Assembly (NCBI RefSeq): GCF_018350175.1
Contig: NC_058368.1
Coordinates: 200,262,001 to 200,326,000 of the forward strand
DNA: 64,000 nucleotides
Direction of reading: 5' to 3'
Source of the DNA: Felis catus
Taxonomy: Eukaryota
Positions 36,826-50,419 of this stretch are shown piece after piece; position 1 is the first letter of the stretch, and each line of letters opens with the position of its first letter. The position numbers were made by a program, and so were the translations under genes. Under the pieces are notes generated by a model. It did not search any database. It saw only the letters and a program-made list of their open reading frames with translations, and was not told the DNA's origin.

Positions 36826-37587
36826 TAATCTTGGGAGTTGATGCATGGCAAAGCAATAAGTGCTAGAGATATATCACATAAAAGTATATCATTATGTGTA
36901 CTGAATTAGTGATATTGTAAATTTTATCTCATAGACTTCCCACATTACTTCTATATCATATTATACCCTAAAGATGTAACAATAAGAATATAGTCCTTCC
37001 TACACAGCTCCAGTATGGCATCCTCAAAGCTTCGTATGTATTCAGCGAAGAAATAGATCAGAATACTCAAGAGAAGTAGTAAGAGTGACATAGTACCAGT
37101 GTGGTGGCTTTTATTGAATAGTACTTGGCCAATTGGTAGTATTTCTCAGTATTTTTTTCCTTTCTTGTGAAAATACACCAACACCTGCACTGCTATCCTG
37201 AAACTTCACAAAATAAAGATATTTGTTTTATGTATTATAGTATATTATCTAATGCTAGCTATTCTTCTCCAAGTTTACTAACTTTCAAATTCACATGTCC
37301 GTTTACTTTCTTGACTGATTTAAATTTCAGGACTATTAGGCCAGGTAAGAGATCAGAGTATGTCATGGACACATAAAACTGATTTCTGTCCCCATATATC
37401 CACTATTACATTAATTTTCATTGGTGCAGCATGTCTACTGTTCCTGCTGGCTAGAAATCATCCCATTGCCATTGTTTCATTGGGTTAAATGGGAAGGGAG
37501 GTTATATTTTTAATTTCTTTTCCTAGGAGGAGGGAAAGATCAAGTTGCAAAATTTCTTTTTGGAGATTAAGAAGAATGCCTATATCT

Positions 37588-37920
37588 TGGGGGACTCAAA
37601 TAAAAAGCCTACAGAGATAAGGCAGGTAATATCAATGAAAGGGTAGAATGGGCATCATGAGATAGAATGACACTCAGCCACAGTGTTAGCAGCGCTAGGT
37701 AGAAGGAAAGATGTGGCAAGCCTGCATCTCATCTTAGACATCCTATCGTAGTCATCTTTGGATGGCTATTGCCCTATGAGGATAGCCAGGTGCCGAAAAC
37801 TTTTGGAGTTTTCCAAAGTACCCACAGTTTGTGGGTTTCAGTTGAAATATCTCGAATTTAATTGTTACGCCAAATACACACATCTTTGTCTAAATATAGG
37901 GCTATCATATAGTAACTTTT
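37588..37920. mobile_element. MER102-like hAT-Charlie element
   Basis: AAAGCCTACAGAG...GGCAGGTAATATCAATG start; TGAAATATCTCGAATTT...GCCAAATACACACATCT end. Confidence 0.55.
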
Positions 37921-39670
37921 GTTCTAAAAGATAATTACCCCTGAGGAGTATCCTCTGGCCTTTCCCTTTATCAAGTTAACAGCTAGGGAAGGTTCCTTTT
38001 GAGATCCCTGAAAAAGTGGACCTGGGACTAGTACTCTTCAAAAAACAAATATAGATATAGTAGCCATAGTGTAGAGGAAGGAAATGAGAAATAAAGTTAC
38101 CACTTTAAAGGATCAGACAAGTAGAGGCAACTAAGCAAGAATTTAGGGAGCAAGGAAACAACAAAGGAATACTAAGTTAGGGAGGTCAGCTCCTGGTTGA
38201 GAAGTGCTCTGGAAAGGATTCAGAGACAGAAAGAAAGATGGTGCTGTGGGAAATGCAAAAAACCCTCCATTTTTCCTACTTCACAGTTTTGCCTACGGCT
38301 GTCCATGAGCCCGTTAGTGTGAAAGTAAGAAAGAACTTTGGTCTCCAAAGAGAATCCTCCTCACCCCAGAAGCAAGAAAGATTACAGGAATGACATCCAA
38401 TAATCTTGATTATGGTCACCTTGAACGCCTCTAAAGATTGCAGGTACAGATTAGAGTTCTTTTTTTCTAAGTTTTTTTATTTTTAAATAATAATTTAGTA
38501 TACAGTTTCTAGGCCCAGGAATAATAAGACTTTAGTCATCATTAGACAAAATCATGCTGAATATAAACACTGTCTATTTTCCTCCATGTTTTTATATTTG
38601 TATGCAGCATTTGTCAGCATGGCAGCCATGGACAATGATAAAGTGCATTTTTCTGCTTGGGTGGTTAGCCCTTTCATTTTTACAAGTGACAAAATAAAAA
38701 TCTGCTGAAGAGTGAACATGCTGCTTTCACTGTGTCATCTCAGCCCTGCGGGTCATTTTATTATAAAAATGTAAAAATCCAGTCAATTTTATTTAATCAG
38801 CTGAAAAGGAAAAGTGTTTCCAGGTCATTAATCAAGTGCTCCTTCTCTGTGGGACTTGTCTCTTCAGAAACTGCCATATGAATCATTAATAAAGCTGGAA
38901 AGATTTTTTTTTTTTTTTTTGCCAGCGGGTTTTTGAGAAACCTAGATGTTATTAATATAACAGAAGTAAAGTAATTTTAGGTCAACAAATAAAGCCTTCT
39001 AGAGCCATTGCCTGTAGAATTGCACCTATGTTATTAAAAGCAGCTAATTCTTTACTTTCTAAACATTTAATTGTTGGAAATGTTGGGAAATGTTCAACTG
39101 TTTAGATTGTATATGATTATATATTCCATAATTACATGTTTTCTTGAATGTTACCTAACCTTATATTTACAGTAAACTTTTATTATGTGAATTGATCAAA
39201 ACATAATGAGACAGTAGGAAGAGATAATTACTACTGTATCTATAATAATAATAATGATAGTAATTAAACACAGCAAACTGCATTCACATAATGTCACGCT
39301 TGTGCTTAAACCCATAAAAGCAAGTCATGAAATAGAGGCTTGAAATTTCCTCCTGGAAGAATTTTGCTGCTTATGTTGATATTGTTCACACGGCTCTATT
39401 TTTCAAAGGTGGTCTTGACTTGCATGAAGACCTTTCTAGTATTTGACTAGCAGTTGTCACTCACATTAGAGATCATGATCTGATTAAAACCTGTTCTTTC
39501 TTTGGAATCATACTTACAGTGAAGCCAAGTAAGCAAGTCACAGATATGGGAGAAGAGGAGGAGCCAGCTTTTTGCAAGACTATGAATCACTGTTTGAAAA
39601 CTTTAAAGGGAGTCAAGGATAGGGAACATTAATGAGTATGCAGTTACATTAAATAACCCCAAATCTTTAA

Positions 39671-39740
39671 TTTTTTATGCTTCTACACGTGTTTCTTTCT
39701 TCAAGTTTTTTATTTAAATTCCAGTTAGTTAACATACCAT
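39671..39740 (-). mobile_element. Extremely 5'-truncated L1 insertion
   Basis: TTTATTTAAATTCCAGTTAGTTAACATA is the L1 terminal sequence also seen near 2571 and 63397; flanked by AATCTTTAA at 39662-39670 and 39741-39749. Confidence 0.8.
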
Positions 39741-39816
39741 AATCTTTAAATTTGTAAAATACTTTTGTGGATTATAATATTACAGGACCACATTTTTTAT
39801 TTCTCTTATTCTCGAT

Positions 39817-40179
39817 TGTCTTAGTGTGGGCTTCTGTAACAAAATACCACAGACCAATTGGCTTATACACAAGAGAGATTTAGTTCTTACAGTTCTGAGG
39901 GCTGGAAAGTCTGAGGCCAAGGAACAGGCCAGTTTGGTGTCTGGTGAGAACCCACTCCCATGTTCATAGGCTGCCATCTGTTTGCTGTGTCCTCACATGG
40001 GAGAAGGGGTTGAGGGAGCTCTCTGGATGCCTCTTTTATAAAGGCACTAAGCCCATTCATGAGGACTCCACCCTGATGACCTAACCACTTCCCAAAGGCC
40101 CCAACTCCAAATACGATCATATTGTTGACAAAGTTTCAACATTTGAATTCTGGAGGACACAAACCTTCAGTCTATAGCA
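39817..40179 (-). mobile_element. MLT1A/MLT1A0-like MaLR solo LTR, full length
   Basis: TG...CA termini; GTAACAAAATACCACAGAC, GCTGTGTCCTCACATGG, CCCAAAGGCCCC; 5-bp TSD TCGAT/TCAAT. Confidence 0.92.
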
Positions 40180-40567
40180 TCAATATAACGCAATTACCCT
40201 GGAATTTATAGAAAATCTGCTTCTGTTTTGGATGTCTGCACCATTAAGTGATTTTTACTTTATATCAATTTATGGTGTTGAGGTTTAAATTCATTTACTT
40301 GTGCTCAAGCTCTCAGAGATTTACCCTCAAATGCTGTGATGACTCATTCAGTCCATGTCTCAGATTATGATTCAATATTTATTAAATGTGCTTGCTCTCC
40401 ACATATAATCATGTGCCAAACATATGAAACTCTTATTTTCCATTCTGAAATCAGGTCTGATGATTGTTTATTTTATCTATGAACTTGTTATTCAAAAAAA
40501 ATCACTGCCTACACTTGTACCTAAAACATATCCATACACACTTGCCTACTTTTAAAGTATTATTTGA

Positions 40568-40719
40568 GGGGTGCCAGGGCTGCTCAGTTGGTTGAGCACC
40601 CAACCTGGGCTCAGGTCATGATCTCATGGTTTGGTTCATGAGTTTGAGTATGCCTTGGGTCCTCAGTCCCTGCCCCCCCCCCCCACTCTCTCCCTCAAAA
40701 ATAAATAAACATTTTTTAA
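40568..40719 (+). mobile_element. Can-SINE, internally deleted
   Basis: Head, CTCAGGTCATGATCTC core and tail; flanked by AGTATTATTTGA copies. Confidence 0.88.
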
Positions 40720-40733
40720 AGAGTATTATTTGA

Positions 40734-40939
40734 GGGGTACCTGGGTGGCTTAGTCGGTTGTGTCCAACTTCAGCTCCGGGCTTAATCTCGCGGTCAGTGA
40801 GTTCGAGCCCCACGTCCAGCTCTGTGCTGACAGCTCAGAGCCTGGAGCCTGCTTCAGATTCTGTGTCTCTCTCTCTCTGTGCTCCTCCCCTGCTCGCACT
40901 ATGTCTCTCTCTCTCTTTCAAAAATAAACATTAAAAAAA
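40734..40939 (+). mobile_element. Can-SINE (feliform type)
   Basis: GAGTTCGAGCCCC B box; CAGCTCAGAGCCTGGAGCCTGCTTCAGATTCTGTGTCTC. Confidence 0.95.
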
Positions 40940-41239
40940 GATTTATTTGAGTCATTAAACAGTGCATAACCTCAGATGTACCTTTGAAGAATTTTAAGTA
41001 ATTAAAATCTGTTTTGGCAATTTTCATAACAACACACAAGCACATTAACAGAAGACCATAACTTTGTTTGGCTCATATTGAAAGAAGTTATATTTTCTTA
41101 TAAAATTATGTCCTTGAATTTGAAAAGCAGAAAGATATTTATTTACTGAGTATTTTTACAGAATTGAACAATTATGTTTTCAGGTTACCAAAACCAAATC
41201 ATAGTAATCTACTTCAAATAAAATATCAGTTAAATAGAT

Positions 41240-41990
41240 AAACTGGTGCTATAAAATATGTAGCATTTGATTTATGTTATAGTAGCACATGGGAAAAATA
41301 CCCAAGCCAGTCTTGAGGACAGGAGGTTAGAATCAGTCAAGCAGTCCTTACTACATGCGGTTATGATTGGTCTAAGTCTTAAAGGACCAGAAGAATTAGC
41401 TAAGAGAACTGGGGTGAAGAATGGGGAAGGTAAACCCATTTCAGACATAGGAAATAGCACATTCAAAGGTCCAAAGTATGAAAGGTGTGGCTATAGCAGA
41501 GGTTCATGTGATGATCAAATGTACAGTGTATGAGAGAGCACTTGGCAAATAAGGTGGCATGCAAATGGGGGACTGCCATGATCCCCATTTTCAATTATCT
41601 CTGCCTTTCAGTGACTCAATCAGGGTTAGGGAAGAGAATATAAACTCCAAGAGGCCAGGTATTTGTGTTCCCTTATTATCGCCAACACCTAAAACATTGT
41701 CTGGCATATACTAGGTACTTGATACACACTTTTTTGAACAAATGAAGGAAGAAAAATGAATATAATTGTATACAGGGTAGAAGAAACAGAGTAAGAGATA
41801 AGCCTAGACTCCTAAGCAAGGGCCAGATTGCAAGTGGTAATAAACACCATGGCATCCTGTTTGGATTGTGTTATGAAAATTATGAGTTCATATTGAATAG
41901 TATTAAAATCTGAACATGATACGATTCTAGTTTCCTTTTAGAAAGCTCTTCTTGGTAATTGTGTGGGGAGTGGAGTAGAGGAGAGTTTGG
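41240..41990. mobile_element. L2 fragments in both orientations (sense 3' end at about 41635-41760)
   Basis: TAAACTCCAAGAGGCCAGG...CACCTAAAACATTGTCTGGCATATACTAGGTACTTGATA; antisense CATTTCAGACATAGGAAATAGCACATTCAAAGG. Confidence 0.6.
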
Positions 41991-43514
41991 TAACCAAACT
42001 ACATTAGGATTGCAAATATTGCCTATTATATAAATTAAATCTAGATTTCCTTAAAAACAGCTGACCAAGTAATGGGCTGAAAGTAATGGAAAGAAAAATT
42101 AGGATCCAGGCAGATACTGCATTTATTTATTTGCCTTATTTATTCTTGGCCTCATAACCTTTTTTTTTTTTAAACCTTTGGGCTAATGTGATAGTGATTA
42201 TGTTTATGATTATATTTTTTGCATATGGATTTTATATAATGAGAAATAAAAAATTGTTTAAAGGAGGGATTTTTGCTAAACATTTTTGTAGTTGCTTATC
42301 TGTATGCAACTAATTTTTAACTCAAAATTTTTTTTATTACTAAACTGAACTAATTATCTATAACAAAAGGTTACATAAACTATTAGTCATCTGATGAGCT
42401 GTTTTTTCTTGTTTCCCAATGTATTTACTTCCCATTTTATATTTTTATATATAAAAATACTTTTATATTTTTCCTTCTATTTGTGTAACATAGTTTTTAA
42501 CTACATTTGTTTTTAATCACATAGAATATACATTATCATAGACAAAACATGATGTCTTTTTCCTCATTTTATGTACATCTTTCCAGAATCCACAAATCCA
42601 TAACTTATCAGGACATTTGAAAAACATCAGTAGACAGACACATACATATTCTTTATATTAGTTTTTCACTAGGTTTTACATAAGTAGTATTCCAAACATT
42701 TGGATTCAGTGTGGTCTAAACAGTATTGAACTATGATTTTAATATCTGTGTAAATTTGAAAAAAATCAACAAACCTCTTCCAACTCTGGCTTCTTATTTA
42801 AAAAAAAATGAGGTTAAATACTTGAATGGCCTGTTGTTTTTGACTCAATTCACTGGCATGACACATAATCAAGAAGTTTGGAATCTTGAAATTGTCCTAT
42901 AAGGAATTAAAATTATTAACATATCAGTGTCCAAATCAGTCATGACAAATACACACTCTGATCAACTGAAAAAGTAAATTCTGAAGGTAGCCCACTGACC
43001 AACACTTTTGGGAAAGTTTGTGCATTGGTGTCTAAAGATAAAAGGTTAAAAAATATAAAAGATTAAATTCTGGGTCCTCAGAGAAAAGAATGTCAGAAAT
43101 GTGTTATCTACATTAGCTACCTACTATGTAAGTATTTAGAAAATTATAATGTTGACATTTTAATTTATTCTTACCATGTTATGTTCCTCACCTAAATAGT
43201 CTATTGTTAGCTAATAATAGTATTAATAATACTAATTTTTAAACATCACTTTTCTATTTCTAAAAGGTGATGTGTAATTGTTCCATTTGATATAAACAAC
43301 ATAACTCAACATTTAGTACTAGTCTTTCTCTCTACAGACAACTTGCTTAGAAAAAAAAAAACTGTTTGGTAAATTCTCTCTATGGTAAAGAGGGGATTTG
43401 AACCCAGCTATTTTTCTTTCCCAAAGCTGTATTCTTGATGGTAATCATCTTAATCCATGAACAGAAAGAAAAGTTTTACAGTCTGGATTATCTCATAATA
43501 GTTGAAGCCTCTGT

Positions 43515-43920
43515 GAAAATATGGTGGCAAAACAGTTATTTGTTCCCTGATATTTATTCTCTCCCGTTGTATTGGCCTTAAACTTCAGATTTTAGGCTGG
43601 GTGCATAGCCAGCTAGAAAAGGCTTGTTTCCAGTCTTTCTTGACTAGTAGGTGTGTCTAAATTTTGACCAATGGGATTTAAGTCACCTTTAAAATGAGGG
43701 CATGTCTTCCTTCTCTCTTCTTTTTTTCTTTCCCATTGGCTAAAAATGTGGACATGCTACCTGGAGCTCAAGCAGCCATCTTAGACCATAAGGTCTAAGC
43801 TATAAATTGAAGATGGCAGAACAATATAGAGTAAGTCTGGTCCCTAGTTGTTAAGGAGTTGTGTTACTAATTCTGGACTGCTAACTTCTGGACAGTGGGA
43901 AGATAAACTTCTATCTTATC
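43515..43920 (+). mobile_element. MLT1I/J-like MaLR LTR
   Basis: CTAAATTTTGACCAATGGGAT...GCAGCCATCTTAGACCATAAGG...CTGGACTGCTAACTTCTGGAC...ATAAACTTCTATCTT. Confidence 0.75.
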
Positions 43921-46059
43921 AAAAGAAAAAGCAAAAACCCTTTAATTTTCTTTTCCATGCTCTAATTTATTGCTGCTTCATGTCCTTCCAGCAAAGATTA
44001 AGATTGCTTTTTAATATAATCACATTTCCAAACAGATATTCAATATATATATTGAATATGGCAGTTCTTTCTATTTGAGGTTGAAATATTATGAATAATT
44101 TTGTACATGTAAATACATGTTCCAATTAAGGTTGTTTCAAGAATAGACAGTTGAATCATACTTGAAAAGAAATGACGAGTTAAATTATGATCTGCCTTCT
44201 GTCTCTTCTGTCAGATCTAATACCTAAAGTTAACATTGCAATTGACATTGATAATAAAATAGCCAAGTTGTATATTTTTTTGCCTTTCAAAGGTGTGGTG
44301 GTTTTGGTTAGAAACAATCTTGATTTTAAAAATCTGTGTTTATCAAACTGAGTTCTAAAATAAAATAGCACATTTCTTTTTTTTTTTTTTTCCATTCTGT
44401 TTCATTTTGTTTTACATCATTCAACTTCAGTTAAATACATTTACATTTCTTGGGGATTGTAATTTAGAAACACTGAAGGCCTTACCATAATTTATTCTAT
44501 AAAGCATCCTCTCTACTTGCAACCAAATAAAGTAATGGCCTAGAAAATTTGTCAAGTAAGTATTAAATAATAGTAGGATAAATAAATAAAATTATATCTA
44601 TGTGTAAACTCTTTGCTTTTTGTAAGCTGTATTATGTATTATTTCATTGTTTCCATACACATTAGTACATAATTAGTACATATAGGGATCTGCCTCTGGA
44701 TTAGGTACTCAAGTGAGAATAAAAATTTAGAAAGCATGAAATAAGAGTTTCTGTCTTTATGGAGTTAATATTACTGCACAAATTCTTATATTTTGACAAG
44801 CAGGAAAAGAAACCTAATTTATGGAAGAGAAAGAAAAACAAGTTTTTTGAATGTTTGTCTTACGAATTTTTATTTAAAATAAAAGAATAGTTTGAATCCT
44901 TGGGATATGGAATAATGCGAGGCTTTGACTAATCAAAAGAAGTATTATCACCAAACACTCTTGTGGTGGCTGGAAAAGGGAAAATAAGGAAATGTGTCAT
45001 GACGGTTATTAAATGTTAAAAATAGAGAGCTGAAGTGGGGAAGTGGGCTTGCTTCCAAATAGGACTCTTGAACTCAGGAGTGTTTTATATGGAGCAATGG
45101 GAAGCATAATATTATATTGTACAATGATTAACTCTGAAAATTGCTGTGCATAATTTGAAACTATGTCAGACATTCTGATATGATAAGTTTCTTAGAATGA
45201 TAAAACACTTATAAATACATCCTTCCACAACAATGATAAACCTGCTTCCATTAAAAAAAAATACATTCCAATCTGGACAGTCTTTCACTACTTTCTTTAG
45301 AAGTAAAATCAATTATTTACAGTTGTTTTAGTTTGATGAGAAAAATGTCCTTTCAATTCCAAAGTTATGTTTAATCATGGACTATTCTTTTGCTCCTTTC
45401 CTTCACTGAGGTATTTATCTCTTGATTCATATTACCCACTGGTCCTTTTATGGTCCACTTCTTTCCTACTCAATTTGTTCCACAGTCAACCTCTCAATCA
45501 TGCGTTTCAAGCCTCCATGATTCCCTGATGTCTTTGTCAGTATAGCACATTTGTCTTGTTCTTCTGAAGTCCTAGATATGCCACCTCATCTACTTTATGG
45601 TGCTTCAGAATGTTGAGAACATGGGGGGAATTAGGATGACTTATGGAAGCATATAGTTATGGTTTGGGTTTCAACTAGGCTCTCGGTTCAAGATGGATAT
45701 TACATTTATCTATAATTGCTTCCCAATCAAATTATCCAAATAACTCTTTTCAGACTCTTTCCTATTTCCTTCCAATGAAAAAGCAAAGCAAAACAAACAA
45801 TAAAACCCCCACGTGACTCTTTGTAGTTGACCATTCTTTCTTGAAAAAGCATACAGTATGGACTTGCTTAATTTCCATTCTCTCCATTTGAAATTTTTCC
45901 TTGATTTGATTTGATTCCAGTGTCTTTTTTTTTTGTCTTCAGTGCCTAAGGTTCATGGCTGGTTAGAAGGTATTCTGCCAGATGATTTTATTTCCAAATA
46001 TAAGCTATGGGCATGAAACAATAGCACTTGATTAAACTAGCAGTGTACATATTTGAATT

Positions 46060-46870
46060 TAAAAATGTGCAAGGTGAATTGATTCTCCTTGTGGTTATGG
46101 GTGTATGTTTTAGAAGAATATACTTAAGGCTATATATTGTGACCTTATGGCAAAAGATTGGAAACAACCAATGTCCGTACACAGGGTACTGGTTGAACAC
46201 ATTGAGGTGAATCTACAGCATAAAATATGTACAGCTATAAAAGGACCCAATGGATATCTCCCGGTACTTGAAAAGGAACTTTAGATGAAAAAATAAAAAG
46301 TGAAGACAGAGTTTAAAACATATGAGTAAGGAAGGAGAGGAATGTTAATATACACATGTATTTACTTATAATTTCAAAATAAAACAAAGAATAAATTAAA
46401 ATGTAATAGAATTGTTTTGTTTTTTTTTTTGTAGGAGGGAAAGGTGGTCAGAGGACAAAGGATAGAATTAAGACCATTGTGTATGCACTTTTTAAGGTTT
46501 TTTTTGTCCTTTTACTTTGAATTTGTAGACATGTGTGTTTGTAATTTCACATAAAGACAAAAATTAAAAATCAATCTTTAAAATTGGAAACCAATGGAAA
46601 CAAATGAATCTAATTGTGTATCAAGTTGTCAGAATCACATGGTAAAACTACTTCAAACTATTTTAAATACTCAGTATTTTAACTTTACACTTTAGTAAGA
46701 TATAAGGACAAATAGAAACAAAGACAAACACAAAAAAAATCCTCTCTGAAACTTCATTTATGTAGTCTTATTGTTAGTGTATTGATTTAAAATTATCATA
46801 GGTAAAATGTAGGATAAAATCAATATAGATTATGTTAACATAATTAGAAGCCAGTATTTTTAGTGTGAAA
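46060..46870 (+). mobile_element. Ancient L1MC/L1ME 3' region
   Basis: GCAAAAGATTGGAAACAACCAATGTCC...ACTGGTTGAA...CAGCTATAAAA. Confidence 0.65.
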
Positions 46871-47237
46871 TATGAAGGCACTGTAAAGAATCACATTCTC
46901 TTTTACCTGTCAGAATTGATTATTTATTATAGTCTTTTGTCTAATTAGTGTTGACATAACTAATAATGAACTTCTAATTCTTATAAAATGGTTTGCATTT
47001 ATTTAGAAACAAGAAACTGTATTTATGTATATTTAAAATATTTATTATATAATTATACATATATAGCATACACATTTTATATATTACTTTCATAAAAGTG
47101 AAGATATCCTAGTTCTAGCTGCCAAAAGTTTTGAAAGGAAAGTAAATTAAAACTCAAAGTAAATTAAAAAAAGACTTTAATGAAATAATATGCTTACTAT
47201 TATTAATCTACAGAATCCCTCCCTATTCAAAAACTTA

Positions 47238-47775
47238 GGAATATTATTCAGCAATAAAAAAGAATGAAATTTTGTCATATATGACAACATGGATGGACCC
47301 TGAAGACATTATGCTGAGTGAAATATGTCACAGAGAAAGACAAATACTGTATGATCTTACTTATATGTGTAACCTAAAAACAACAGTAATGACCACAAAA
47401 ACCAAGCTCATAGATATGGAGAAAAGACTGATGGTTGTCAGAGGTGGGAGGTTGAAGGTGGGTGAAATGGGTGAAGGGAGTCAAAAGGTAAAAACTTCCA
47501 GTTATAAAATAAATATGTCATGGGGTGTAATGTACAGCATGGTGACTATAGTTACTAATACTGTATTGTATATGTGAAAATTGCTAAAAGAGTAAATCTT
47601 AAAATTCTCATCACAAGAAAAAGAATTTTGTAACTATATACAGTGACCAATGTTAACTAGACTTGCTATGGTGATTATTTTGCTGTATATGGAAATATTG
47701 AATCCTTATGCTGTACACCTGAAACTAATGTAATGTATGTTAATTATACCTTTAATGAAAAAACAAAAACAAAAG
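47238..47775 (+). mobile_element. L1 3' end (L1MA9/early carnivore-like)
   Basis: GGAATATTATTCAGCAATAAAAAAGAATGAAA...ACATGGATGGACCCTGA...TCCAGTTATAAAATAAAT...TGTACACCTGAAACTAAT, A-rich tail. Confidence 0.92.
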
Positions 47776-48224
47776 AATTTACTCATATCTTCTTATAATC
47801 AAAATTAATATGGAGTGAACTTACTTCCTCATTTGCTGCATTTCAGAGGATCACTCCTAAGGACTGTCATTGATTTCAGGTTACAGTTGGTTTATCGCTG
47901 CCATCTTAGGTGAGTTGTCTTCCACTAATTCACTACCTAGACTTTATTTTAGTCTCTTGTGTTAGAAAGTGGGCCAGAAGTGGATTTACATTTTGAGTTA
48001 ATAGTTAGGATTTAGGATTGACTCCAAGACAAGTCTGGGCAAAACCTCCACTTGCTTATTACTCCCACATCAAAGAGAAGGGTTAACTTGGAATCAGTAC
48101 CCTGAAAATGGGTGTTAAATAAAGAAATACTGACTAATAGCAGCATTATAAAAGATTCTTAATATTTTTTTACCTTATCATCCTAACTATATTAATTAAT
48201 CAGGTACTAAAAGAAATTCGAAGT

Positions 48225-48542
48225 CAGTGCTGTCCAATAAAAATATTAAGCAAACCACAGATGCAAGCCACATATGTAATTTTAAATCTTTTTTAGCCAC
48301 GTTTTTTAAAGTAGAAATAAATAATGTAAAAGTAATTTTAAAAATATATTTTATTTAGGTCACTACATCTGCAATATCATTTCTGCATGAATTCAGTACA
48401 AAACGTTAAGACTTTACATGTAATACTAAATCTTTGAAATTCAGTGTGCATTTTATACCCACAACACTTCCCAGTTTGAACTAGCCACATTTCAAGTATT
48501 TAATAGCTGCATATACAGTGGCTACTGTGTTGAACAGCATAG
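48225..48542. mobile_element. MER33/MER3-like hAT-Charlie element
   Basis: Terminal inverted repeats CAGTGCTGTCCAATA / TGTTGAACAGCATAG; TAGCCACATTTCAAGT...GTGGCTACTGT. Confidence 0.85.
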
Positions 48543-48984
48543 GTCTAAAGTGTAAAAAAGATTTTTAGTAAGGCATAGTGGAACTCTCATGTAACTAATG
48601 CGATACAAGAGTTTAATATAGTGCAAAATAAATTTTAGTGAAATAAATCTAAGTATTATTTAATTACTTTTCAGATTAGTCAAATTAAGTGTTTAGGTAG
48701 AGTTATGGAACCACTAAGGAAGCAGTGTTTTCTTCTATTTGTCACAATTGATTATTTATTTTAATTATTGGCCTGGATTAATGTGGAATAAGTAATAATG
48801 AACTTTCTTTAATTCTTATAATACTGCTTACATTTATTTAGAGTAAGAAGCCTATAAAATATTTAAAATAGATATGTTTTCATTAATGAAATAGAATGAG
48901 CTGAAATGACTTGAAATGAGGCTTCTGATTCCTTTGGTGACTACTTTGAATTCACAGGCAGAGTAAAAGGCATAGCAGGAGTTG

Positions 48985-49130
48985 GCGTAACAGATAGCAG
49001 GTACTGAGTGCTTGTCTGTTATTGTGGGATGCTTATAGCACTCTGTAAGATGGGTGCACTTGCCATCCTTATTTTACCAAGGAGGACACTTGCAAGGTTT
49101 TGAAGCATCTGGCCTAGAGCTGTCACCATG
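48985..49130 (-). mobile_element. MIR fragment
   Basis: TACTGAGTGCTT...CTCTGTAAGATGGGT...ATCCTTATTTTACCAAGGAGGACACT. Confidence 0.5.
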
Positions 49131-49254
49131 GAAGCCAAACCATCAGGCAGCTGAAGGTATATGGAAGGAGCATCAGATAAAAGCAGAAAAAAACTACTGG
49201 GATAATGGAATAGACATATAGAAATAACTAAGACTAACTTCTGCTATAGTACTG

Positions 49255-49256
<2 letters not shown>

Positions 49257-49302
<46 letters not shown>
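49257..49302 (+). repeat. (GT)23 microsatellite
   Basis: Directly visible. Confidence 0.97.
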
Positions 49303-49304
<2 letters not shown>

Positions 49305-49847
49305 GAAAGAGAGTAGAATAAATTAGAACAAGGTCTTCCCACATGGCACATTCTTACCTTCCCTCATTCTCTATGCCTCCCAAAAAGCCTTCTTCATAGA
49401 TAGACAGCTGAGAGAATAAATTATAAGTAGTATCTGATATCAATTGCAAACTCTCGGGACTATCATTTCTGCTGTCTGGAGTCACACCACAGACCCTCAG
49501 TGAACTTCCTCCTTCTCCTGTGGTAATTCTGCCTCCATGATAATGAGAACATTCTTTCTCACTAGCATCAAAGTTGGATTTTTCTCTTTTACTTTGTGAG
49601 CAATTGAAATCTTTGAAGGTTTCTAAGTTCTTTTTCAGCATTTAGCAGAGGGAAGAAAGGACATTAATAGGTCACTCCTTAAACCTACCTGGTATGGCCT
49701 AAGGCACATCACTTCTTTGTCAAATTCTCCTCACCTCACTGGACAGGAAAGACTTGGTTATCACCTGGAGGTCCCTCGTCCACCTGCTAGAGCATACAGC
49801 TGAGAACTGGCATTTCAGGAATGAATGCTTTTCTTTGATTCCCTGCC

Positions 49848-50365
49848 TGTTACTGGAGAATATATAACCTGTAGACCAAGAAAGAATTCGCTGAACATTT
49901 AAGCAAAGGACATTTATTTGGGAAATTACAATTGCAATTTGGGAGACACAGATTCAGGTAGACACCTTAAGTGTGTTCCAAGGAAGGCAAAGAAGGGGGC
50001 AGAGTTATATGGCAAAAGCTGCCACTGCAGTTCTCATTCAGGTCCTCTATGCAAAACAAGGATTAAAACTAGGTTAACTGGAATTGGTTGGATCAATATG
50101 CAAATGAGGGATTGAAACCTGTTAAATTGCATTGTCTGTTTTTGAAGTAAAGAATGCCCATGATTCAGGTGTCCTGGTGAGAGGAAGTTAAATCCAGGGT
50201 GAGGGTTTGCAGCTTCATGAAAGGTTTAAAAAAAAAAAAGTTCATGGCTTTTCCCATGATGATGATGTGCATAAATTCTTTTTCCTCCTGGCCTCCTGAC
50301 CCTAATTTTAAGAGAAAACTCTTTTAGCTAGGCTTGCTTATTCTGTTTTGAAAACTCCTTTTACA
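49848..50365 (-). mobile_element. Probable ERV solo LTR, family unassigned
   Basis: TGTTAC...TTTTACA termini; TTTATT near 49913 (minus-strand AATAAA); TTATAT near 50005 (TATA-like on minus). Confidence 0.6.
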
Positions 50366-50419
50366 AACCTGACCTTTACTTCCATTCCCAGCTCACACAG
50401 CTTCCTACTCAGCATACTA

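Noticed and set aside
47272..47577. 101-aa ORF
   Set aside because: Lies wholly in an L1 3' end (TTWMDPEDIMLSEI is the ORF2 terminus motif running into the UTR).
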